Source of the DNA: Octopus vulgaris
Lineage: Eukaryota
Length of the DNA: 64,000 bases
Direction: 5' to 3'
Assembly: GCA_951406725.2 (NCBI GenBank)
Contig: OX597832.1
Coordinates: forward strand, 47,864,001 to 47,928,000
Part shown: positions 52,203 through 64,000 of the stretch, piece after piece
Layout of the letters: each line of letters starts with the position of its first letter
Position numbering within the stretch: the first letter of the stretch is position 1
Position numbers and translations under genes: made by a program
The notes under the pieces: generated by a model
Database searches by the model: none
Seen by the model: the letters and a program-made list of their open reading frames with translations, nothing else
What the model was told of the DNA's origin: nothing

Positions 52203-52983
52203 GTATTTCATCAATGCTCTCTCTCTTTTTAACTTTCTTTCTATCTCAATAAAGACTACAAATTAGTAAATTAAGAAACAAGGTGCCTTAATTACTAGGC
52301 TCACATAGTCTTGATTTCAGACCTTGTTTACTATTCAGCTCTTAGTTATGTAGGGGCGTAGGAGCATCGATACCATCTAAAATTCACATTTGCAGGACCC
52401 AGATTTATTGTTCCATTCTGTTTATAGCTACTGTTGTGATCCCCTTTTTTGGTGATATGCTAGCAGTTGGTTAGCAGAACTGGTGGTCTGTCAGAGGAAA
52501 CGCCTTGTGTTATGTGGTTATATCTTGAGTTCAAATACCTATTTCTTTATTACCCACAAGGGGCTAAACACAGAGGGGACAAACAAGGACAGACATAGGT
52601 ATTAAGTCGATTACATCGACCCCAGTGCGTAACTGGTACTTAATTTATCGACCCCGAAAGGATGAAAGGCAAAGTCGACCTCGGCAGAATTTGAACTCAC
52701 AACGTAATGCAGACAAAATACCGTAAAGCATTTCGCCCGGCATGCTAACGTTTCTGCCAGCTCACCGCCTTGAGTTCAAATACCAAGAATGTCAAACAAA
52801 GACAACTAAAATTCATGGGCCACTGTGCTTCCACCCCTCCCCGCCCCCTATAACCTGCACTTCTTCCCCATGTAATCCTGTGGAAATGTTCAAGCCTGGT
52901 GGTCAGGCCTGCATGATGCGTGTCTGTGAACTTATGCAGAACACAAGACTGTGCACTGTCTCAAAGTTGGTACACACAGAATC

Positions 52984-53393
52984 GGATCTTTTCGGTTTGA
53001 ACAGCAGTTTTTTATAGCGGTGTCATATGAAATTGTCACCCATAATTATGACCCTAGTATCGATCTATTGCATTTCAATCTGTTTTAGGGTTAGGGTGGG
53101 GGGAAGGGTATCTTTCTTCTTCAGAAATGTAAATAAACCCAATCTGTTTCTTAAACGAGCAACATATTCATACGGCACATATTGTTTTCACCTCAATAGA
53201 TGTCATTGATTGGTTGAAATTGCAGAAATTGAAGAAAAAACAACAACAAATATCTTACAAACTATGGAATTTTCTCAGTAAAGCCAAGAGAAAAAGATGT
53301 TTTATAAACACATTCTACCAGTATACGAAGTTTAAAAGTGTTAAGTTACGTGGAAATTATTTTTAAAAACTGCTGGTCAAATCGAAAAGATCC
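52984..53393. mobile_element. Merlin-like MITE, second full copy
   Basis: Same TIRs; TSD acagaatc / acaaaatc. Confidence 0.85.
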
Positions 53394-53901
53394 ACAAAAT
53401 CTCATCTTGCACAGCCTGGAGAGAAATACGCTCTTGAGTTTGGGGTGATAGCTATGGGTGATGTGGTGTAGATTAAATTGGGAGAAGCTGGAGGTCATCT
53501 TTCTAGGGTCACTATAATATAGTGTCCAGTCATGCTTTATGTCACAATGGTGCTCCTATCACTTCCATCAAGTGTTGTGGGTCCAGGGCAAGACAGGTTT
53601 ATGTGGTGTTATGTAGTTCTGTGGTGTTATGTAGTTCTGGTGTTATGTAGTTCTGTGTTATGTAGGGATGCTGAAATAGTGTCACTCATACTTCCCAAAG
53701 TACATTGTGTACAACATTGGCACCCCTATGACTCTAATAAGTGTACTGAGACTAAGGCAAGACAAGTTTATACGGTGCTCTGCATGTGAATCTTAGTTTT
53801 TTCTTTTCTCTCTCTCTAAAAGTGTACAACAATCAGATCCTTGCTTTAGTGTGTCAGAGCTGATGGTACAATCCTCCTTTTGGCTTTATGTGTCTGTAAG
53901 G

Positions 53902-54231
53902 CACTGGTTCTCAACTGAGGACCATAGAAGATTTTGCGGGGTCCGTGCTACAAAATAGTAAATTGGAGACCTACAATAATATTTTAAGGGCCCCTGAAAA
54001 ATTTTGCTTTAGATGTATGTATTGGTGTGTATTGCAAGGAACAGGCTTCTTTCTTTAACACTTTACACAGTTCAACTTACACAAGTTGATATGTGAAAAG
54101 CAAAATAGGAATTTTGAAAAAAGTTTCTATAAAATTAGTTTTTAAAGATTGAATGTCTGTGGGGGTCCACCAGAATAAATCAGTAATTAAAGGGGTCCAT
54201 TGATAAAAAAAAAAATGGTTGAGAACCCCTG
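53902..54231. mobile_element. hAT (Charlie-like) MITE
   Basis: TIRs cactggttctcaac / gttgagaacccctg; TSD ctgtaagg / ctctaagg. Confidence 0.8.
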
Positions 54232-55479
54232 CTCTAAGGTGACCCTAAAGATTTTGCAGAAATAATAGTTGATAAGATGATAGATTTGGTGGAGATTGAT
54301 GTGGTCAGTATTCAGCCTGGACATCTATGGGTCACTGTTGGCAGTTAAAGAATGGGCATCAAGGGACAGATTTTTCGAAGTATTTCAGATATGGGGACAT
54401 GGTGAAGAAGGGCTGAGAATAAAGTACGCTATGCAAGATATGGGTGATCATTGATATTAATAGTGATGGGCAGATCTGGAGGGAGATAGGAAATTCTGCC
54501 AGCAACCAGTCTTGGATACATCATCATTTAGCATCGGTTTACAGAGTGGTGCTGGGTGGTTTTATGTGCTACCACACAGGCACTTCCATGTGATTCTGCA
54601 CAGACACTTTCACACGGCACCGCATAAACACTTATATGTGACGCCACACAGGTGCCCCACTTGGGTGTTTTTATGTGGCAATGCTACAAGTCCCTTACAC
54701 CAGCAGAAGGGTCAGTCTTAACACTTCTGCTGCAGGGTACGGGTCTCTTTGAGTACAGCCAGGTGTCAGGTGCCTCGGTCCTTTGTTATTTCATCTGAAA
54801 GGTTCAGCTTCCACAAGGCGGCGAGCTGGCAGAATTGTTAGCATGCCGGGCGAAATGCTTAGCCGTATTTCATCTGCCGTTACGTTCTGAGTTCAAATTT
54901 CGTCGAGGTCGACTTCGCCTTTCATCCTTTCGTGGTCGATTAAATAAGGACCAGTTATGCACTGGGGTTGATATAATCTACTTAATCCATTTGTCTGTCT
55001 TTGTTTGTCCTATCTATGTTTAGCCCCTTTTGGGTAGTAAAGAAATAGGTATTTCATCTGCCGTTACGTTCTGAGTTCAAATTTCACCGAGGTCGACTTC
55101 GCTTTTCATCCTTTCAGGGTCGATTAAATAAGGACCAGTTATGCACTGGGGTCGATATAATCAACTTAATCCATTTGTCTGTCTTTGTCCTCTCTGTGTT
55201 TAGCCCCTTGTAGGTAGTAAAGAAATAGGTAGTCCCAGTCTTGGGTTATTAACATAGAATGCAGAGATTTGCAGCGTCCCATGTATGAATCATAGTTTCT
55301 TTTTGTTTGATGTCTTTACAAAAACCATGCAACTTTGACTTTTTTTCTTTTGAAAAAAATTAAAAATCTAAGTGTAATAGCTTCTTTGGTTTTTACACAA
55401 AAGTACAAAAAGAAATTTAACACATGGAGATGTTAGTACAAGGGAGATAATCATTTCTTCATAATTGACAGGATTAGCA

Positions 55480-55814
55480 AGTTTGAATTTGAAATTCCAA
55501 TGGTCTCATGTCAGACCCGGAAACCGTATTTAACTTTAGAAATATTGAATTCAATATTTCTACTAACACACGTGGACATGCCTACAAAGTCAGAAAACAA
55601 CACGGCTCCCATGACTTTTGGAAACATTTTTTCACGCTCAGAGTTGCTGAAGCATGGAATAAACTGCCTGCGTCAGTTGTTGACTGCCATGACACTGCAT
55701 CCTTTAAGGCCCTCATGCTTTCCGAAATCTGCCAAAACTACACCTGATTATATATACACTTTAGATGAGTTGTAGTGCACCTGAGCACTGTACACAATTA
55801 TTATTATTATTATT
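55480..55814 (+). mobile_element. CR1 LINE 3' end
   Basis: TNTRGHAYKVRKQHGSHDFWKHFFTLRVAEAWNKLP; (ATT)n tail. Confidence 0.85.
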
Positions 55815-56123
55815 AGGGTGACCAGTGAATAGATTTCACTGTTAATATATATATATATATATATTTGCGAAGGCTAGACAGGCATCTCAGCCAGCAGGGC
55901 TCAATATCCTGGACTGGTGACGGGTAAGACCCAAAAACATGCATGTCTTCAGGTGTGAATCCTAGCCTGTGGGGGTGCTTGTCTCCCCTTCGCAAATATA
56001 AGGACACAGGAAATGTGTCAAAGCCAACAGGAAGCGTCGATGCTTCCTAGGGCTAAACAGCGGTGGTGTAATTCCCTTACGGCGACTGTCACATTATGTT
56101 GACAGTATACAACCACTCCATAT

Positions 56124-56823
56124 TTAACTTGTTAGCAATTTAAACCAGTTGTATCTGGCCCAGATATTCTGCCTGTTTTATTGTCAAACCTGCCATATCT
56201 GGCCCCTCATATATCTGCCCCACAATGTCATTCTAAAAATAAACAGTCACATCGTGGAAATCTTGAAGGTACAAAAGGTAATGCATAATTAATTCAAAAA
56301 CAATGCAAATAAATAAACATTACATTTGACAGAGTAATTTTAACCCTTTCGTTACCAAACCGGCTGAAACTGACATTTGGCTCTGAGTACAAATGTCTTG
56401 TTTTCATAAGTTTTGAATTAAAATCTTCCACCAAACCTTAGTCACAATTTATGTTCCTAACACTAGTTGATTGATAACAAAGTTATTTTACAAAATTCTT
56501 TGTTATATTTAAAGTAATTGAGAGAAACACAGAGCATCTCAACAGAAATATGGTAACAAAAGGGTTAACAAATGATCAATTTAACCCTTTTGATACTAAC
56601 CCACCTGAAACTGCCTCTGGCTCTGTAGTACAAATGTCTTGTTTTCATGAGTTTTGAATTAAAATCTTCCACCAAACCTTAGTCACAATTTCTGTTCCTG
56701 ACACTAGCTGAATGATAACGAAGTTATTTAACTAAATTCTTTGTTATATTTAAAGTAATAGAAAGAAACACAGAGCATCTCAAAATAAATACAGTAACGA
56801 AAGGGTTAATGCTAAAGGGTTGA
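56124..56823. mobile_element. Two piggyBac MITEs nested within a third piggyBac-type MITE
   Basis: Copies at about 56340-56567 and 56582-56808, each TTAA-bounded, interrupt an element ending aatgctaaagggttga. Confidence 0.75.
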
Positions 56824-57013
56824 AAATATAAATAAAAGCAAAATGGTACAAATTCCACCAGAAAGTAATTTTCTATTATTTATTTTCCTCTTTGTTTCAC
56901 ACTCTATACCTGTGTCTCCCTTGTCTTTATTTTTCTCCCTTTTTTAAAATTTATTTTCCTTTTTTCTTTTTCCCCCCCTACCGCTTTTTTTTTTCCATTC
57001 CACTTTGCGGCAG

Positions 57014-57157
57014 TGAGCCAAGCAGGCAACAGCAAAATCCTGAACATCAATGCTCCAGGTGGGAAGGTGATTACAACGACAAAGACAGCTAACGTAGTGA
57101 CTGTGAATCCCAAAACTTTGCATCTAACAGCAGTCAAGTCCAGCACCGGTGGAACTG
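57014..57157 (+). CDS. EMSY: EMSY coding exon 9
   Basis: (V)SQAGNSKILNINAPGGKVITTTKTANVVTVNPKTLHLTAVKSSTGGT; long polypyrimidine tract plus cag, gttagt donor, phase 1 to 1. Confidence 0.82.
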
Positions 57158-58284
57158 GTTAGTTCGCAATCATGCTTTTTTTTTTTTCCCCCCACCACCT
57201 TTTTTCCCCAATAATTATTTTCTTTTGTGTTTGGTAGAGTTTGTTGCTGCTGCTGCTGTACTTGTTGATAGGGCTGTGAGTTAGTTCGGGGGTGAGTGGG
57301 GTCAGTGTAATCAACTTGCCCCTTACCCTCAAAATTACTGACAGAATCGTTATTGTTGGCTCTAGTTTTTGTGGGTGAAGTTGCTATCTTTATTTGTGGC
57401 TGTATAGTAAGAACCATGTTTGTGTGTGTGTGTGTGTGTGAGCGCATGCTACCGTGGCCGTTGCCAGCTTTGTCTGGCCCCCGTGCCAGTGGCATGTAAA
57501 AAGCACCATCCGATCATGGCCGTCTGCCAGCCCTGTCTGGCACGTAAAAAGCACCCACTACACTCACGGAGTGGTTGGCGTTAGGAAGAGCATCCAGCTG
57601 TAGAAACACTACCAGATTAGACTGGGCCTAGTGCAGCCTTCTGGCTTCCCAGACCCCAGTTGAACCGTCCAACCCATGCCAGCATGGAAAGCGGACGTTA
57701 AGTGATGATGATGATGATGAATTATGTGTGTGTGTGTGCGTCTGTGTATACTATGTAGTTTTGGGTTCAATCCCACTGTGTGGTATTTAGGGTCACTGTC
57801 TTCTGCTATAATCCTTAGTCAACCAAAACCTATAGATTTGGTAGACAAACTGAAAAAACTTTTCATTTATGCTTGTGCCATGTTAAAAGCACCCATTGCA
57901 CACTGTAAAGTGGTTGGTGTTAGGAAGGGCATCCAGCCATAGGAACCAAGCCAAATCAGACTGGAACCTGGTTCAGCTTTCTGGCTTGCCAAACTGTCCA
58001 ACCCATGCCAGCATGGAAAATGAACATTAAAGGATGATGATGATGATGGTATCTCCATGCCTTAACTTCATCTGATAATTATAAACAAATGTCACCATCA
58101 TGCAAACAACGTCTTTTCATTTCCAGTTGTCCTTGAAAACATGTTTGGTCATGGGAGAAATATTACTTTGCTTGGAAACAGGTACAGGTTGGTGACAGAA
58201 AGGGCATCTGATAGTAGAAGATCAGTCTGACACATGGGAAAGTGGGTATTAAAAGGGTGATGATCATGACAGTGGTGTTGTAGC

Positions 58285-58862
58285 AGGCGGCGAGCTGGCA
58301 GAAACGTTAGCACGCCAGGCGAAATTTTTAGCAGTATTTCATCTGTTGCTACGTTCTGAGTTCAAATTCTGCTGAGGTCAACTTTGCCTTTCATCCTTTC
58401 AGGGTCAATTAAATATAATCGACTTAAACCGTGTGTCTGTCCTTGTTTGTCCTCTCTGTGTTTAGCCCCTTGTGGGTAGTAAAGAAATAGGTATTTCGTC
58501 TGCCGCTACGTTCTGAGTTCAAATTCCGCCAAGGTCGACTTTGCCTTTCATCCTTTCGGGGTCGATTAAATAAGTACCAGTTACGCACTGTGGTCGACAT
58601 AATCGACCTAAACCGTGTGTCTGTCCTTGTTTGTTCTCTCTGTGTTTAGCCCTTTGTGGGTAGTAAAGAAATAGGTATTTCGTCTGCCGTTACGTTCTGA
58701 GTTCAAATTCCGCCGAGGTCGACTTTGCCTTTCATCCTTTCGGGGTTGATTAAATAAGTACCAGTTATGCAACTGGGGTCGATATAATCGACTTAAACCG
58801 TGTGTCTGTCCTTGTTTGTCCTCTCTGTGTTTAGCCCCTTGTGGGTAGAAAAAAAGAAATAG
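58285..58862 (+). mobile_element. SINE family B, three tandem body units
   Basis: Same architecture as 571-1168; two-unit versions at about 54817-55230 and 31700-32122(-). Confidence 0.85.
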
Positions 58863-59931
58863 GTGTTGTAGCAGTAGAGAAACATTGCTATCAATGGAAT
58901 AACCAAATTACTGGTAGAAGTGGTAGTAGTGGTTATTTATGATGGCTTTGTTCTGTGGTTCTTTCTTGGGCCGCAGGAGGTTGAAATGAAAGTCTGACCC
59001 TTTCATGTTAGATCTCAGTTCTGTACGTTTGCATGTGCATACTTGTGTGGCTGTGTCAGCATCATCATTATCGTCATTACTTAATGTCCCATATTTTCCA
59101 TGCTTGCTTGCATGGGCCGAGGCAGAATTTGTCGAGGGATATTTTCTTGTGGTCAGATGCCCTTCCTGTTGTTGTTAACCTTCACCAATTTCTTATCATG
59201 GTAACGTTTCCGCATAACCAGGCATGTTTTTCACGGGAGGCTGGTGACATACAATGCGCTTAATTTACAAACATCGTGTGATGTGAAGACAAGGGAACCC
59301 CCTTCCCCAATTCTTTTAAATTCCATCTATCATCAAATCCACTCGCAAAGCTTTGGTTGACCCAGGACTATAGTAGAAGACACTTGCGCAGAGGGACTGA
59401 ACCCAGGACCACATAGTTGGGAAGCAAGCTTCTTAACCCTTTCGTTACCAACCCGGCTGAAACCGGCTCTGGTTCTGAATACAAATGTCTTGTTTCCATA
59501 AGTTTTCCGTTAAAATTTTCCACCAAACCTTAGTCACAATTTATGTTCCTGACACTAGCTTAATGACAACTAAGTTATTTTACTGAATTGTTTGTTATAT
59601 TTAAAGTAATTGAAAGAAACACAGAGCATCTCAACAGAAATACAGTAACGAAAGGGTTAATCACATAGCCATGCTTGCGTCTTTCTGTATAGCAAATAAT
59701 AATATGCTGGCTGCTTAGAATATGATTTCAGCTACGTGTTGAAATTTCACTTGTTACACACTGAATATTTAGGTAATGGACACTGCACATGACCTGGGAA
59801 TTATTGATTTGAAATAATAGTCATTTAAGAATTTGAGGGTTTTTTTTTTTTTTTTTTGCTGATTATAATTTTTAATTTCAGTCCTTTTATATTTTTAACT
59901 TTTATTATTTTTTTCTTTCTTCTGTCTTTAG

Positions 59932-60017
59932 TAAGCCGACCTAATGTCATTGTGGTAACCAAAGCTCCACCTAAAAGATCACCAGTCCCGATTTCCACTA
60001 GCATCACAAAAGGAACG
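59932..60017 (+). CDS. EMSY: EMSY coding exon 10
   Basis: (V)SRPNVIVVTKAPPKRSPVPISTSITKGT; ctttag acceptor, gtatgt donor. Confidence 0.85.
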
Positions 60018-60713
60018 GTATGTAGAGTTCGTCTCACAATTTCATCATAATCTTAATTTTTACCATACTTAATTCATATTATCAGAGCATCGAACCTTGT
60101 GTCTTGATCTTGTTTTCTTACTGAAGTCCAGTGTTTCAGTCATTTGACTGCGGCCATGCTGGAGCACCGCCTTTAATCGAGCAACTCGACCCCAGGACTT
60201 ATTCTTTGTAAGCCCAGTACTTATTCTATCGATCACTTTTGCCGAACTGCTAAGTGACGGGGACGTAAACACACCAGCATCGGTTGTCAAGCAATGCTGG
60301 GGGGACAAACACAGACACACAAACATATACACACACACTTATATATATATACATATATACGACAGGCTTCTTTCAGTTTCCGTCTACCAAATCCACTCAC
60401 AAGGCATTGGTCGGCCCGGGGCTATAGCAGAAGACACTTGCCCAAGATGCCACGCAGTGGGACTGAACCCGGAACCATGTGGTTGGTTAGCAAGCTACTT
60501 ACCACACGGCCACTCCTGCGCCTGTCAGTAAAAACATAAATGATATTGATGAAGAATATTTATAAATATATATAGGCGTACTCTGTGTCCAAACAGACAT
60601 TTTCTGTGTCTATTGCACTAAAGTGCTCGTTAACTAATTGCTGACAGAAATCATTTCTTTTTTCCATTTATTTACTTTTGTTTTTTTGGTTTTTGTCTTC
60701 CTTCTTCTTACAG

Positions 60714-60833
60714 GAACTTGTAAGTTTCATTCATAAACATGATAGTCGTCAAGGAAGTAGTCCAGTATCTTCTTTGAAGTCTCCTCTAGAGAAAAAGATA
60801 ATTGTAACCACAACAGTTCCAGAGTCGTTGAAG
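60714..60833 (+). CDS. EMSY: EMSY coding exon 11
   Basis: ELVSFIHKHDSRQGSSPVSSLKSPLEKKIIVTTTVPESLK; ttacag acceptor, gtagtt donor, phase 0 to 0. Confidence 0.75.
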
Positions 60834-62249
60834 GTAGTTTAGTCTTTTATTGTCGTTGTTCTTGTTGTTATTTGCTTCGATTAATGAAAGTGTTTTTGTT
60901 TTAAAATTTCTTGTGGAAATTGTTGCTAGTGTAGTTATGATGAGTTCAAACATTACTATTAAAGACGTTAATAGGTGTGGCCGTGTGGTTAAGAAGTTTG
61001 CTTCCCAACCACATGGCTCCGGGTTCAGCCCCACTGTGTGGTACCTTGGGTAAGTGTCTTCTGTTATAGATAGGCTTAGGTCAGAAGATCCTTGTGAGTG
61101 GATCTGTTAGACGGAAACTGAAAGAAACCCATTGTGTGTGTTTCTTTGTCTTGACATCCTGTTATTGTTTATCATCATCATCATCATCGTTTAACGTCCG
61201 TTTTCCATGCTAGCACTGGTCGGACGGTTCAACTGGGGTCTGGGAAGCCAGGAGGCTGCACCAGGCCCAGTCTGATCTGGCAGTGTTTCTACAGCTGGAT
61301 GCCCTTCCTAACGCCAACCACTCCATGAGTGTAGTGGGTGCTCTTTACGTGCCACCAGCACAGGTGCCAGACGAGGCTGGCAACGGCCATGATCGGTTGG
61401 TGCTTTTTACGTGCCATCGGCACGGAGGCCAGACGGGGCGGCGCTGGCAACGGCCACATTTGGATGGTTCTCTTACGTGCCACCGGCACTGGTATCACAA
61501 CTACAATTTCCATTGATTTTGATCGATTTTGATTTCACTTGCCTCAACAGTTTCTAATATTCTGCACAATGGGGAAATATTACCTTGCTTGAATGGTAAC
61601 TAGAAAGGATGGCTTGATGACAAGGAAGGCATCCAGCCATGGAAAAAAAAATCTATCTCAGTAATCTCAAATTAGGGTCATTGTGTTTTTTTTCCTGAGC
61701 AAAGCACATTATTCAGTTTGTCACAGTATACCTGAGTGACAAAAACAGATTTTACTATAAATTTTCACTTTTGTGGTTAGTAGTAGAAGGGGCAATTAAC
61801 TATAACAAAAATAATAAACAAAAACCATGTAAGTATAGAAAAATAAATGTAAAACAGTTTGTTTTGTTTTTGTATCTGGTTTGCAATATTCTTTATGTGA
61901 ATTTGTGTATTGAAGCAAATTTTGTTGTGTCTAGGGAGAGTCATTATACCATTTATTATTAGCATATGCACTGACCAATGATAAAGGACCAGAATTGAAC
62001 CAGTGTGTGTGTGTTATAATATTGACATACACACGCACACACTGGTGCACACATACATCCACACAAGATCTCAAGCAAATGTGGCCTCCATAACTGACTA
62101 CGTCAAAAGTGATTGAAATGGTTGCAAGTAACAATGAAAGAGTTTTGACCAACAAAAACAAAACAAAACAAATGACTTATTGCTTAATTAAATTAAACAA
62201 TCGATTAGTTAGTTGAATATTTAACCAATTAATATGGGATCACCAAGCA

Positions 62250-63486
62250 TAGATTGGCATATTTTGGTCATATTATGCGTAGAAAATCCCTGGCGAAGGA
62301 CATCATGCTCGGAATGGTCAGTGGCAAGAGAGGAAGAGGCCGACCAAGAACCCGCTGGCATGACACCATCAAGAGTGATACCGGAATGGACATGGCCAAT
62401 CTGAAAGAAGCAACCCGGGATAGAACTGACTGGAGGACACCGATTCAACGAGTGACCGAGAGTCGACTTCAACTAAGCGGATGGATAGATAGATAGAAGC
62501 CTAGTACTTGGAATGGTCAGTGGCCAGAGAGGAAGAGGCCGACCAAGAACCCGCTGGCATGACACCATCAAGAGTGATACCGGAATGGACATGGCCAATC
62601 TGAAAGAAGCAACCCGGGATAGAACTGACTGGAGGACACCGATTCAACGAGTGACCGAGAGTCGACTTCAACTAAGCGGATGGATAGATAGATAGAAGCC
62701 TAGTACTTGGAATGGTCAGTGGCCAGAGAGGAAGAGGCCGACCAAGAACCCGCTGGCATGACACCATCAAGAGTGATACCGGAATGGACATGGCCAATCT
62801 GAAAGAAGCAACCCGGGATAGAACTGACTGGAGGACACCGATTCAACGAGTGACCGAGAGTCGACTTCAACTAAGCGGATGGATAGATAGATAGAAGCCT
62901 AGTACTTGGAATGGTCAGTGGCCAGAGAGGAAGAGGCCGACCAAGAACCCGCTGGCATGACACCATCAAGAGTGATACCGGAATGGACATGGCCAATCTG
63001 AAAGAAGCAACCCGGGATAGAACTGACTGGAGGACACCGATTCAACGAGTGACCGAGAGTCGACTTCAACTAAGCGGATGGATAGATAGATAGAAGCCTA
63101 GTACTTGGAATGGTCAGTGGCCAGAGAGGAAGAGGCCGACCAAGAACCCGCTGGCTTGACACCATCAAGAGTGATACCGGAATGGACATAGCCAATCTGA
63201 AGGAAGCAGCTCAGGATAGAACTGACTGGAGGACACCGATTCAACGAGTGACCGAGAGTCGACTTCGACTGAGCGGATGGATAGATAGATAGAAGCCTAG
63301 TACTTGGAATGGTCAGTGGCCAGAGAGGAAGAGGCCGACCAAGAACCCGCTGGCTTGACACCATCAAGAGTGAAACCAGAATGGACATAGCCAATCTGAA
63401 GGAAGCGGCCCAGGATAGAACTGACTGGAGGACACTGATTCAACGAGTGACCGAGAGTCGACTTCGACTGAGCAGATAGATAGACA
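62250..63486 (+). repeat. Tandem array of 6 x 199 bp derived from an RTE LINE 3' end
   Basis: Units start ggaatggtcagtggc at 62311, 62510, 62709, 62908, 63107 and 63306; each encodes GRGRPRTRW...DRTDWR and ends in (GATA)n. Confidence 0.95.
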
Positions 63487-63628
63487 GTGTGTGTGTTAAT
63501 AATATTGGTGTTATGACCCACCCTAGGCACAGCAAATTTCCTTTGTTGTATTTTTTAAATATTAATATGCTTTACTTTTCTATTTTCTTTTGCTCTCTGA
63601 ACACCATCCATCGTTTCCACATGAACAG

Positions 63629-63857
63629 CGTCAGCAACAGGCTCGAATCACAGATGCTGACGGTGCTGGCGGGAAGACTTCTACATTGCTGGCGGAACTC
63701 ATTCAAGCTGCTGGTATCCTGCCAGACGCTCACTCTGCTGACTCACAACAGACTTCTTCTACCATAGCAATTACCGATGTTGCTATTGCTGCTGATGAAC
63801 CAGTCGAAATCATCTCAGCTGGCAACCAGCTTCACTCTAGTACACCTCAGACTAAAA
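63629..63857 (+). CDS. EMSY: EMSY coding exon 12 (gene continues beyond window)
   Basis: RQQQARITDADGAGGKTSTLLAELIQAAGILPD...; aacag acceptor, gtaagt donor, phase-compatible with exon 11. Confidence 0.78.
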
Positions 63858-64000
63858 GTAAGTCTCACACTTTAATCACGTGCGACATAAATAGCCTGGA
63901 AAGATATTTTTGAACCTATAAATCGCTTTGTTTTTTGTTTTTTTTTTTGTTTTTTTTTTCCTGTCTTATTTCTGCACGTTAGTTTCTGTGTTAACTCTTT

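Noticed and set aside
62254-63292. Repeated identical 60-aa ORFs suggesting a peptide gene array or CRISPR-like locus
   Set aside because: They are the RTE ORF C-terminus in a tandem repeat; the linker is constant, so there are no unique spacers.

Overview
AT-rich, repeat-dense animal genomic DNA; the SINE/RTE/CR1/microsatellite landscape looks like octopus (coleoid cephalopod), which is my inference and not a database result. Two host genes diverge from a putative bidirectional promoter near 17.1-17.45 kb. CEP19 (minus strand) has one coding exon at 7833-7099 with an extra Gly/Asp-rich tail. EMSY (plus strand) has 12 phase-compatible coding exons from 39994 to 63857 and continues past the window. 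The rest is mostly transposon debris: a decayed RTE LINE with a PHD finger, CR1 and RTE 3' ends, an isolated RTE 5'UTR, several SINE families (some tandemly amplified), Merlin-, hAT-, piggyBac- and Helitron-type non-autonomous elements, and Penelope-type remnants with minimal hammerhead-ribozyme motifs. The most notable unexplained items are a unique ~1.1 kb candidate terminal exon nested in the CEP19 5' intron, a 154-bp foldback holding two inverted hammerhead motifs, a filled/empty-site inverted duplication around CR1 copies, and a 6 x 199-bp array made from a LINE 3' end. Most short ORFs in the supplied track are repeat artefacts. I found no convincing new multi-gene system.
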